Part shown: one piece after another, positions 45,970 through 55,063 of the stretch | Layout of the letters: each line of letters starts with the position of its first letter | How positions within the stretch are numbered: position 1 is the stretch's first letter | Source of the DNA: a virus | Reading direction: 5' to 3' (one strand) | DNA: 64,000 nucleotides | Virus record (IMG/VR): IMGVR_UViG_3300009499_000008 | Location: 1 to 64,000 of that record | Position numbers and translations under genes: made by a program | The notes under the pieces: model-generated | Databases searched by the model: none | The model's input: the letters and a program-made list of their open reading frames with translations, nothing else | Told to the model about the DNA's origin: nothing

Positions 45970-47309
45970 TTGACTAAGCTCGCTGAGATACTCCCAGATC
46001 TCTGCATTCCGTATAAGAGTTCCGCAGCCACCTCCCATCTGAAATTCTGTAGTCTAAGCTTTTGCCCTAGTGTCAGAGGCAACTCAAGCAAAACGTGGAC
46101 TATGGCCATCGGGATTTGGTGCTTCACTAAGAAGAACCACCACTTATGGAGGCGATTAATTTGTTTCGCGCTGGGGATAGCAAGGACAGTATCTTCGTAG
46201 AAGTTCATGCACTCAGTGTCTTTATCAATCAGTCCCTTCTGAACACAATCTTTCCACAAGTCTGTTTTGGGAAGGGGCTGAAAGATGGACACTGAGGAGT
46301 CGATCGGGTCAATCATTTGGTTGTATCTTAGTGTCTCCAACGCATCTATGAGCGGATTAGAAACGGGAAGCCCAATCATGTTTTGTAGCCTTACCTTGAT
46401 TCCTAACGTCTTACAGGCTTCGCAGGCTTCCTCCACCTGCCGATTCGTGATATTGCCCCTACGAAGAAACTTCTGTGTCTCAGGACTAGCCGATTCGAGG
46501 GCAATGTTGAGGAACGAACAGCCTGCACCAGCCATGATTCTAAGAATCCCATAATCAACATTGTTGGCTCGGATCGAACCGCAAAAAGATAGACCAACCT
46601 CTTTCTTATACTTCTCGCAAAACTCAAACAACCAAGCATGATTCCCTGCCAAATCATCGTCATTGAAATAGACCAGTTCCAAACCGTAGGCTTTTCTAAC
46701 GGCCTTAATTTCCTCAATCATCTTGTCGGGTGAAACTCTTTGATAGAACTTATGCCTCTCGCTTCGATAAAGCTGATGAAAGAGATGATTGAAACAGTAC
46801 TTGCAGCTGTAAGGGCAATCTCTACCTGCAATGAATCGTTTCATTCTGGCTTCGCCGAATTCTTTGTACTTATAGAGAATAGACCTATCGGGAGCGGGTA
46901 TAGCGTTGACATCCTCTGGAATATGCCCTCTCACAAGTTTCTCTTGTGTCTCGCCCTCCACAATGCCAAGAATAACACCCTCGCCTGGGCCTTGCACAAC
47001 GAAATCAATGTCTGGATCAGAGAGACCTTGTTCGGGAAAGAAAGTAAAGTGCGGCCCTCCCATCACGGCGATAAATCTGTGTCTCTTCTTAAGTTCTTTG
47101 TTCTTTTCAATAAACCAAAGATGCTCTCCTGTCGTTACTGAATACATGACAAAATCGACATGACTCCGCTGGAGGTAAAGATCAGCACTATCGACGTCAT
47201 CCTGCACCATGTCAACAGTATGTCCTGCATCTTTCAGAATTCGTGCTAGATACAACATTCCTAGCTTGTCTGTTCTAAGTTTCTTTTCAATAAACAGTAT
47301 AGAACTCAT
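45966..47309 (-). CDS. Cobalamin-binding radical SAM enzyme (class B methyltransferase-like)
   Basis: LGMLYLA, MGGPHFT, GPGE; CPYSCKYC; MIGLP. Confidence 0.92.
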   Translation of the reverse strand: MSSILFIEKKLRTDKLGMLYLARILKDAGHTVDMVQDDVDSADLYLQRSHVDFVMYSVTTGEHLWFIEKNKELKKRHRFIAVMGGPHFTFFPEQGLSDPDIDFVVQGPGEGVILGIVEGETQEKLVRGHIPEDVNAIPAPDRSILYKYKEFGEARMKRFIAGRDCPYSCKYCFNHLFHQLYRSERHKFYQRVSPDKMIEEIKAVRKAYGLELVYFNDDDLAGNHAWLFEFCEKYKKEVGLSFCGSIRANNVDYGILRIMAGAGCSFLNIALESASPETQKFLRRGNITNRQVEEACEACKTLGIKVRLQNMIGLPVSNPLIDALETLRYNQMIDPIDSSVSIFQPLPKTDLWKDCVQKGLIDKDTECMNFYEDTVLAIPSAKQINRLHKWWFFLVKHQIPMAIVHVLLELPLTLGQKLRLQNFRWEVAAELLYGMQRSGSISASLVK

Positions 47310-48328
47310 AATATCCCCCTAACATCGCCACACCACGCCTTCCCCAACTCACAGACGATAGAGGGCAGATACTCTTTGCCATTGAGATGCTCATATAAGC
47401 GTTCAAGTTTGTCTAATACCGTGCCCTCACCCAAATTAGCAGTTAGTAAGTCTTCGCAGAATTTAGTAGTATATCTCATACCAAAGATCTCATCTTGAAG
47501 GTTCTGCCACAGATCGTGAGGATTGCGTTGCTGCCATACGAAGGGTGGTCCATAATACACAGAGTAATCAAATGTCCGCATAATTCTCTGGGCAACATAT
47601 GATCCCCAAATATCGTCGTAGCGGCCAACTCCCGTCCACACCATGAATAGGGGTGCCACCTCAGCTACATAGGCGGTGTTCTGTGAGTTCGTTGGTGCAA
47701 ACACGCTGGGATCAACGCACAAACCTCGCTGGGCTATCTCCGTGATCTGGTGCACTTCAGGACGGTTCGTAATCCGCTCCATTGCATCAATATCGGGGTC
47801 TCCAAGCCACAATCCAGCCGCTACGCCAATCTTAGTTGTTTGGACGTGATGCATAATATAGGTATGCTCCACGGGTCTTTTATCATACGGGAAGCCACGA
47901 TGGTAGATAGGCGGAATCATATACTCACCAATGTTGAACCACCCATTATCACTATTGACCTGTAAACCATTGAACGGCTGCGTCAGCACCCTAATAAAAG
48001 TAGCGAAGTAGCTACGGTCCAATGGAATATTGTCATCGTCGATAGTGATAATGATATCAGCTCCATACTTGATAGCCTCAAGGAGTGCAATATTCCGACG
48101 CATGATTCGATTCCACCCGATTAGCTTACTACTTCGATAGCCTAGTTTCTCTTGGTCCACGTCGCTATAGTAGATTGCGTTGCCCAACGTCGATACCAAA
48201 GCTTGTACCTCATCGTGAGGTGTTCTGCGATCACCCGTGACGAAGAACATAACATCCTTGTCCAGCTCTCGGTAGAGCTCCAGGATCCTTGGTACGTAGA
48301 TAGTCGTCGTGATAAGTGCGAGCTTCAT
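47306..48328 (-). CDS. GT75/RGP-STELLO-like protein (possible NDP-sugar pyranose/furanose mutase)
   Basis: IDDDN, RGFPY, GLWLGDPDIDA, GRYDDIW. Confidence 0.75.
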   Translation of the reverse strand: MKLALITTTIYVPRILELYRELDKDVMFFVTGDRRTPHDEVQALVSTLGNAIYYSDVDQEKLGYRSSKLIGWNRIMRRNIALLEAIKYGADIIITIDDDNIPLDRSYFATFIRVLTQPFNGLQVNSDNGWFNIGEYMIPPIYHRGFPYDKRPVEHTYIMHHVQTTKIGVAAGLWLGDPDIDAMERITNRPEVHQITEIAQRGLCVDPSVFAPTNSQNTAYVAEVAPLFMVWTGVGRYDDIWGSYVAQRIMRTFDYSVYYGPPFVWQQRNPHDLWQNLQDEIFGMRYTTKFCEDLLTANLGEGTVLDKLERLYEHLNGKEYLPSIVCELGKAWCGDVRGIL

Positions 48329-49116
48329 GCGACATCCTCCAAATGGTATTTCTCAAAGTTTTGTGGTCCCCCATTTCTCACTATATTCCCCGCAGCTTCC
48401 CCCTGTGAGGACATCTTTCGGTTCCTTCGATGCGTCTCAGATTTGGTCTGCTGATGAGAGTGAAACTGATGTAACAGTTTGAACTGCTTTCCCCAGAACT
48501 TCTGATAACCTAGAAGATTGAGTCGCATCATCATATCGTTATCTTGCCAACCCCACCCGCTCATTCTTTCATCAAATCCACCTATTGCTACTATCGGCTC
48601 CTTCTTTATCATTAGGAAGTCCCCATAGGAAGAAAGGTTATGCCACTGTCCAAAGCCTCGATCAATCAGAAACTTGGAAGGAGCACTCTGGAAAATCGTC
48701 TCCTCGCTAGAAAGCTCAAAACTCGTAAGCCAATCCTGCCCTAACGAAGTAAGATCAAAACGACGCCAATAGATTTGTAGCTTCTGGGGCTGTTTCTTCT
48801 CAACGATAGTATGAATGATACTCAACAAGTCTGGAGCTACGATATTATCGCAGCTCATAAGTATCAGGTTCTTTGCCCTCGCATTGGCAATTCCAGCATT
48901 GAATGATACGCAGTTAATGAAAGCATCACTCTCTGGGTTAAGACGAACAATCCTGATTCGGTAATCATCAGGAACCGCGATTCGAGGCTCGGATCCATAG
49001 TCTACAACGATGATTTCAAAGCTAGGATAGTCCTGCCATAATACGCTTTTCAGACATCTGCCGAAAGCATCCTGTCTGTCCCTGACTGCAATAATAAAGC
49101 TATAGTCAGGTTTCAT
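48325..49116 (-). CDS. Glycosyltransferase family 2 with GT7-like C-terminus
   Basis: IIVVDYGS, NAGI, GGFDERMSGWGWQDND. Confidence 0.88.
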   Translation of the reverse strand: MKPDYSFIIAVRDRQDAFGRCLKSVLWQDYPSFEIIVVDYGSEPRIAVPDDYRIRIVRLNPESDAFINCVSFNAGIANARAKNLILMSCDNIVAPDLLSIIHTIVEKKQPQKLQIYWRRFDLTSLGQDWLTSFELSSEETIFQSAPSKFLIDRGFGQWHNLSSYGDFLMIKKEPIVAIGGFDERMSGWGWQDNDMMMRLNLLGYQKFWGKQFKLLHQFHSHQQTKSETHRRNRKMSSQGEAAGNIVRNGGPQNFEKYHLEDVA

Positions 49117-49120
49117 TGTG

Positions 49121-49807
49121 TTAAGTCTTCTTAATTAGGTCAACACACCAAACACAGAACTGAGTGCCTTGTAGTTTGACTACCATTTCTTCCGTGCCGA
49201 ACCCTGGGAAGAGGAAGATCTCCTCTACAATAGAGAACTTTGGCAGCTCGGCTAGAATTTGATGCTTAGTAAAAATCCTATGAGCGTTAAAACGAAGCAT
49301 AAATGTATGACTTATGTTTGTGCCCAATAGGAAGTGCCCCCCCGGTCGAAGCACACGAGAGATTTCCTTGAGAGCCTTGACACTGCCAAGTGGGTCTAGT
49401 TTGTCGCCGTACCGTCCCAACCCGATATGTTCTAGCACGCACAGGTTACTTAGGAGATCTACGGAATTGTCGGCAAGCGGAAGATTGATAATTGAAGCCT
49501 TCCTGCAATCCAGATTTGGTAGAGAGACATTAATAGGTCTTACATCAAAACTAGTAGTCGGACACAGCATAGAGAAGATTCCCACAAGGAGTGCCGCCGA
49601 ACCTATATCAACCATGCTTTTTGGTCGGATCTCAAGAACCCTCTTGAAGGCCCATGTATCTTGGCGGAAATAGTATCCATCCACACGAGTCGTAGAAGTT
49701 TTTTCACCAAGACGTGGATATGGAATTCCCCCCTTTTCCGCTCCTGGAAGTTTCATATAGGCTACATAATCTCTATGGTACTCTTCCATCATTTCTTTCT
49801 TATTCAC
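49121..49807 (-). CDS. DUF268-like class I SAM methyltransferase
   Basis: VDIGS, EHIGLGRYGDKLDP, FNAHRIF; GTGA overlap supports start 49807. Confidence 0.8.
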   Translation of the reverse strand: MNKKEMMEEYHRDYVAYMKLPGAEKGGIPYPRLGEKTSTTRVDGYYFRQDTWAFKRVLEIRPKSMVDIGSAALLVGIFSMLCPTTSFDVRPINVSLPNLDCRKASIINLPLADNSVDLLSNLCVLEHIGLGRYGDKLDPLGSVKALKEISRVLRPGGHFLLGTNISHTFMLRFNAHRIFTKHQILAELPKFSIVEEIFLFPGFGTEEMVVKLQGTQFCVWCVDLIKKT

Positions 49808-50925
49808 AATTGTAATCTCCTGATGATCTGACAAACTCTGTTGATTTCATCTGTGTCTATGGAAGTACCAGTAGGCAGACAGAGTGTTCGCTGAACTAAG
49901 CGTTCAGTCTTGGGCAGTGATAAGCCATCATAGAAAGAGCGATATGGTTCCATACGATGACAGCCCGGATAAAAATAACGTCGAGCAAGCACACTCTTGG
50001 CATGCAATGCTTCAAGTAAACGGTCACGATTATCTACTTCTAAGACGATATATTGATAGTTGCATCTTTCAGTTTCGTCATAGGTGATGAGATGAATCCC
50101 AGACACATCACCTAGTTCTTGTTGGTATCTCTTATAGTTACGATAGTTGACGGCAACGAATTCATCAAAGCTTTCCAATCCTGTTAGTCCCATCGCTGCC
50201 GATACCTCACTCATTTTACCATTGATGCCAAGACTGATAACATCATCATAGCCTGCAAAACCAAAGTTTTTCATCAGACGAGCTTTGGCGGCTAGTTCAT
50301 CATCGTTAGTAACTATTGCCCCCCCTTCGAAAGTATTGAGAATCTTTGTAGCATGAAAACTAAATACTTCAGCATCGCCAAAGCCGCCGATCATTCGCCC
50401 CTTGTGTGAACATCCAAAGGCATGAGCGGCATCAAACAAAAGTTTCAAATCCTGCTGCTGTGCGATCTTAGTTAGTGCCTCTGTGTCACAGGGTCGTCCC
50501 CATATATGGACGCCGATAACGCCTGTAGTGCGTAGTGTAATCAGTTGCCTCATATGATTTGGATCGATGTTATGTGTATGTGGATCAATGTCACAGAAGA
50601 CTGGCGTTATTCCCAGCCACTGCAAGGCGTGAGCTGTGGCGATAAAGGTAAATGATGATATGATGACTTCGCCAGTTAGTCCTAACGCTCGAATGGCGAT
50701 TTCCAGTGCAGTAGTACCATTACAAGTGGCAATACAATGCTTAACTCCCACAAAGTCAGCAATCCGTTTTTCGAATTCTTGTATATAGCGACCATTATTT
50801 GTAAGCCAGCGCCTATCTAGAAGATCGTTGATACGCGCCAGTAGGCGTTCCCGATTGCCAATGTTCGGGCGACCAACATGGAGCCTCTCTTGAAACGCAG
50901 GGAGATCCCGTATGTGTGCCTTCAT
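49804..50925 (-). CDS. DegT/DnrJ/EryC1 NDP-sugar aminotransferase (VioA/DesI-like)
   Basis: NGTTAL, TFIATAH, DAAHAFG, PLP lysine in SFHATK, EGGA, RRYFYP. Confidence 0.95.
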   Translation of the reverse strand: MKAHIRDLPAFQERLHVGRPNIGNRERLLARINDLLDRRWLTNNGRYIQEFEKRIADFVGVKHCIATCNGTTALEIAIRALGLTGEVIISSFTFIATAHALQWLGITPVFCDIDPHTHNIDPNHMRQLITLRTTGVIGVHIWGRPCDTEALTKIAQQQDLKLLFDAAHAFGCSHKGRMIGGFGDAEVFSFHATKILNTFEGGAIVTNDDELAAKARLMKNFGFAGYDDVISLGINGKMSEVSAAMGLTGLESFDEFVAVNYRNYKRYQQELGDVSGIHLITYDETERCNYQYIVLEVDNRDRLLEALHAKSVLARRYFYPGCHRMEPYRSFYDGLSLPKTERLVQRTLCLPTGTSIDTDEINRVCQIIRRLQL

Positions 50926-51542
50926 CCACGTAGCTCCTGCTGCTCCCTCTTGAATGCAGGGATATAGTTTCCATCCGTGTCATAGAATTCGTTACGCAAT
51001 TGGGTCTCAAGTTCCAGAATATGCTCCTTGGGGCGAGACTTGATCGCTTTTGCGGGCGACCCAACGTAGACCGTCCACGGCGCGCAATCTTTCTTCACGA
51101 GCGAATTTGCTCCGACGACTGCTCCTTCTCCTATTATCACGCCAGGCAGAATAACTGCTTCTGCTCCAACAATCGCGTGCTTCTTGATATAGACGACGGA
51201 GCGAATCGGCACACGATAGGGGAACGGAATTGCTGAACCTGTTAGACACCCGCCAGAATAGTCCTCGTTGCCTGTGAAAATCCTCACACCACTTGACAGA
51301 GTAGTGAAATCGTCCATTACAAATTCGCCACCGCCAGTGATGGATGTAAAAGAGGCGATATGCACAAAGCTACCAATGACAGTCCTTTTGCCACCCATGA
51401 TGAAGACGAAATCATCTATGATGACTGAATCACCGATGGTAATGACTTCTGGCGACACTATTTTTGCCAACGGCCAGATGATTATATCCTGCCCTACGCT
51501 GGCAAACCCTAAAGCATACGCCTGATTCGTCACATTCATCAA
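50922..51542 (-). CDS. Hexapeptide-repeat (left-handed beta-helix) sugar acyltransferase
   Basis: IGDSVIIDDFV, IGSFVHI, ILPGVIIGEGAVVGANSLV, GSPAK. Confidence 0.9.
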   Translation of the reverse strand: MMNVTNQAYALGFASVGQDIIIWPLAKIVSPEVITIGDSVIIDDFVFIMGGKRTVIGSFVHIASFTSITGGGEFVMDDFTTLSSGVRIFTGNEDYSGGCLTGSAIPFPYRVPIRSVVYIKKHAIVGAEAVILPGVIIGEGAVVGANSLVKKDCAPWTVYVGSPAKAIKSRPKEHILELETQLRNEFYDTDGNYIPAFKREQQELRG

Positions 51543-51563
51543 CCTCTTTAGGCGACCATATGC

Positions 51564-51602
51564 CTATCCTGGATAACCATGTACTCCATAGAAGAAGCTC
51601 AA
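51564..51602 (-). pseudogene. Relic 3' end of an allele of the upstream gene
   Basis: Translates LSFFYGVHGYPG*, aligning with the upstream gene end MDFFIGIHEYEG*. Confidence 0.7.
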
Positions 51603-51603
51603 A

Positions 51604-52176
51604 TCAGCCTTCATATTCATGGATTCCTATAAAGAAATCCATAGTGGATGTGTCTTGGCCAACCACCCAAATGCGAACCCAAGCCTTGGTTCCAATAACG
51701 ACATTTCTAGTCTGTATCATAAGTATTGTTTCTTGTCCCTGAACACTCAATGGCTTGAAGACAAATTCGCTGTATGTTCCAGCCGTCAACGCATCAGCAC
51801 CGCTAGCTCCTAGAGCGAACTGGACGAGGTGAGTTGCGTTTGCACTCTCTAGAGCAACGACCATAATCCGGTGAGGATCGTAAGTTGCCTTTCCTACATC
51901 TGCCGGAGTATCATCAGATCCGAGAACTTGAAGCCAGCTACCCCAGGCAAGGTTTCCGGCATCGGCCTGAAAAGCGCTGACTGTGGTTCCGATCCTGTCT
52001 GCTACGTGTGTCTCGCCAACCGGAACTCCGGCAGCCCCGAACCAACGCTCATATGAATGCAAGTGGCGCTCGGCCTCTTCCGCTAAATAACCTATGCTCC
52101 CTGGCGTCCCAAGCAATCCATCAGCAGCCTCAGAGTCTATTTTAGGAATATCTTCAGTACCTCTCCAAAAAACCAT
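51604..52176 (-). CDS. Putative beta-rich virion accessory protein
   Basis: GGAGG RBS; late operon position; Gly/Ala and beta-strand rich. Confidence 0.55.
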   Translation of the reverse strand: MVFWRGTEDIPKIDSEAADGLLGTPGSIGYLAEEAERHLHSYERWFGAAGVPVGETHVADRIGTTVSAFQADAGNLAWGSWLQVLGSDDTPADVGKATYDPHRIMVVALESANATHLVQFALGASGADALTAGTYSEFVFKPLSVQGQETILMIQTRNVVIGTKAWVRIWVVGQDTSTMDFFIGIHEYEG

Positions 52177-52185
52177 GATATCCTC

Positions 52186-52716
52186 CTAAACTAGCAGTGT
52201 CGCTGATACGCTGTATTCGATAGCATCAGCGTCAGCGTGTTGCATGATTAATCGCCAAACAAGCCCCAACCTGAGATTCACTGCCTCAGTGTAGTTGCCT
52301 CCAAAGCCGATTCCTCCAATATCGAAGAGATAAGTATACGAACCAGCCGCTGTGATAGCCGCTGCTGCCGACCAAACGGAGAAATATACTCCACTGATAC
52401 TATCTCTTATTTGTAACACTGGAGTAATCGACGGTGTATCTGTTACGGCATATACTCGCACGAATAGAATCAAGCCTCTTCCATAGGAATTGAGTTGATC
52501 TCCACTATTAGCCTCAGTAATGCGAATCTCTCGCGGTAGTAACGTTAGATCGGCATTACCTCCACCAGGCAAGATACTTCCTGGGTTGGCTGGAGTGAAT
52601 AATTCCTGCTCATTAGAATCCACAGGGATTGAAGCACGCAGTTTCGCACCCTTTCCCTCAGCGAAATCAACGATCCATTCAACTATCCCATCAGGCCCAA
52701 AGATTTTTCTAGCCAT
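52186..52716 (-). CDS. Putative beta-sandwich virion protein
   Basis: Alternating hydrophobic strands; late operon position. Confidence 0.55.
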   Translation of the reverse strand: MARKIFGPDGIVEWIVDFAEGKGAKLRASIPVDSNEQELFTPANPGSILPGGGNADLTLLPREIRITEANSGDQLNSYGRGLILFVRVYAVTDTPSITPVLQIRDSISGVYFSVWSAAAAITAAGSYTYLFDIGGIGFGGNYTEAVNLRLGLVWRLIMQHADADAIEYSVSATLLV

Positions 52717-52936
52717 TATTCAATCTCTGAGTGCGGTTTTGATCTATCGTATGCTGTGTTTTGCTACCCATCCAGAAACTTAAGACTATGAAGACGAGTT
52801 TTTCGAGATCAGATGGCATTTCTCGTCCAGTTACCCAGATATAGGCCGCAACTCCTAACACTCCTATAGTAATAAAAGCCTGTAATACTATCGAACGTTC
52901 TAGTAAATCCAATAATTTCAATCCAAATTCTTTCAT
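52709..52936 (-). CDS. Putative holin
   Basis: 75 aa, two hydrophobic helices, FWMGSK followed by a polar tail. Confidence 0.65.
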   Translation of the reverse strand: MKEFGLKLLDLLERSIVLQAFITIGVLGVAAYIWVTGREMPSDLEKLVFIVLSFWMGSKTQHTIDQNRTQRLNNG

Positions 52937-52937
52937 G

Positions 52938-53628
52938 TTATTCTTCCTCTAGTGTAGTTTTCAATATATTATTCGCCGCTTGGCGAAGTATCGCTGCTAT
53001 CTTTGCCTTTCCGATTAAATTGTTTGGCACAGGGTATACCATGAGTCTACCTTGGAGGCTTTCATAGATGACTGTAACTACAGAAAATGAAACCCTCGTG
53101 AAAGGATCGACATTCTTAGACAGCGCACCGCGTAATTCTATATTCTCATCATTAGCCTCTCGGAGGGCTTCTTCTAGCTCTTTGATTTGTTGTTGAAGCG
53201 ACTCATTATCCATCGACATCAGCTCCAGAGATTGCTTCGTTGACGGCCTTGTATAAAGCCCCTATGCAGACTTGGAGTTCCAGTGCTATACCAATGGTGA
53301 TAGATGTAACAGTACCAGTCATTGGATTAGTAGTATTTACTTTACTCCAATCGTGCCCTTTGAGACGGTCGCGGAGCCATGTCAGATAAATTTCGTCGAT
53401 CCTAACAGTTACTGGCTTCTCATCCGCTTCGAGGACTTTGGAATACTGAAGAATACCTTTCTCAGAGTTATCTTGCACCCACTTTTGGACGAAGGCAAGA
53501 CTCAACTTCTCATAGAACTCCAACCCTTTCGCAACCATCTCTACATCTGTCCCACTATGAGGACGTTTAAGGAACAATTGTAGCGCATACCTCGCAGGAA
53601 ATGATACCGTGATTTTCTTCAGTGCCAT
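52938..53628 (-). other. Two hypothetical late genes (52938-53219, 53206-53628)
   Basis: RBS-bearing overlapping ORFs. Confidence 0.65.
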
Positions 53629-53701
53629 TATATCCTCCCTATACTGTCTCTTTCGGCCCTACAAGGCCCCAATCAGGCGTTCCGTGGGGCATGAAGCCTC
53701 T

Positions 53702-54508
53702 TTAGGTCTCCAGGGTCATCTTGAAGCCGCCGACTGAAACATAGATGTCGTCACCTGCCACGCATCCGATAAAGGTCGCGTACACGTCCCAACCCTCCTC
53801 CAGCGGCTTCCAGCCTTGCCAGTCAACAGTCTCGAAGATTGGAGGGCTGTTCCTGACTCTCAGGTTCTCATAGGTAGGAGCCAGCCTGCAAGTGAGTATA
53901 ATCCGAGTGCAAACTGAGACGTCGTTCGCGGCTGCAACGTGGGTCAAGACCCAGACCTCGCCTGCGGGCACGGCGGCAGCAACAAGCGTGTTGTCTCCTA
54001 GTGCTGCGTTCAGGTCTCTTACTCGCTCGCTCCACATTCCGCTGTAGCTGAATAGCTGATCCTCGCCCCGCACCTGGAGCCGGTCGGTGGCCACAGATTC
54101 TAGCGCGGCCACCAGGTTGTCAATCAACTGAAGCGCGGTAGTCTGTATCTGCTGTTCGGCTAGGGTTGCAGCGCCACTCGGAAAGTTGTGTATAGACTTG
54201 CCATCAGTGATTAACACATATCCAGCGGCCAAAGAATAATCTTCTGGAGTCAATCTCCGCGCAACTCCTGCATTTGGAGTGAGATAGAGATTCACTGCTC
54301 TAGCAACTGCACCAGTATTGACTAAAACAATTGAACTGACTCCTATACCGTCAGCAGGAGCTGTATACAGATCACCAATGGCGGCTGGAAGTTGTCCATC
54401 GGCGAGTTGCGTTGCAACTGTGCCTACAAAGCCAAAGATTAGATAATCGACCTCATTAATAACAGGTGCGTCACCTCTTATCTTGTCTCCATTGTCCAGT
54501 GCGATCAT
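53702..54508 (-). CDS. Tail fibre-associated beta protein, two domains
   Basis: DLYTAPA...LVNT N-terminal domain; VPAGEVWVL C-terminal domain. Confidence 0.55.
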   Translation of the reverse strand: MIALDNGDKIRGDAPVINEVDYLIFGFVGTVATQLADGQLPAAIGDLYTAPADGIGVSSIVLVNTGAVARAVNLYLTPNAGVARRLTPEDYSLAAGYVLITDGKSIHNFPSGAATLAEQQIQTTALQLIDNLVAALESVATDRLQVRGEDQLFSYSGMWSERVRDLNAALGDNTLVAAAVPAGEVWVLTHVAAANDVSVCTRIILTCRLAPTYENLRVRNSPPIFETVDWQGWKPLEEGWDVYATFIGCVAGDDIYVSVGGFKMTLET

Positions 54509-54520
54509 GTTGCATTCCTC

Positions 54521-55063
54521 CTATGAAAGTAAAATCGCCCATTTTATAGAATCCCTCATCCCCACCCCCAGCGCGTGTACATGGTCTCGATGTGAGAAGA
54601 TCAAAGATGTTCCCGGAGCAGCCGCTGCAACGACATCTGCTGGATTAACTACATCAAGTGCAGTTTTCCATGAGGGTCTTAACTCTGCATTGTCTATTCC
54701 TAATACATTCCGCACATTAGCAGCGGGAACGGCGATGGCCAATCGAGACCATCTAGGTGTGACGTTGCCTATAATGACATCACCATCGACGACAGCAGCC
54801 GCCAAGGTATCTGTATGAGATGTGGATAATAATACATGCCTTGCATTAAGTGTATAATCAGCATTAGCGCCACCGTCTACTCCGACTAAGCCATCGCCAG
54901 CGACGAATCGCCTCTCAGCAGTCAACACAGCGTGGAGAGCCAATGTTAAATATTGTGCATTGATTACGCTGCCTGGACCAACTACCTCAGCATACTCTCT
55001 AGTCTCCAAGGCGCGTAATCTTTGGTGTATTTCTCGTATAGTCTTTTGCAATACAGATGGCAT
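54521..55063 (-). CDS. Short tail fibre-like protein
   Basis: RLRALETRE coiled-coil start, LTAER, DGDVIIGN, DHVH motifs. Confidence 0.65.
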   Translation of the reverse strand: MPSVLQKTIREIHQRLRALETREYAEVVGPGSVINAQYLTLALHAVLTAERRFVAGDGLVGVDGGANADYTLNARHVLLSTSHTDTLAAAVVDGDVIIGNVTPRWSRLAIAVPAANVRNVLGIDNAELRPSWKTALDVVNPADVVAAAAPGTSLIFSHRDHVHALGVGMRDSIKWAILLS

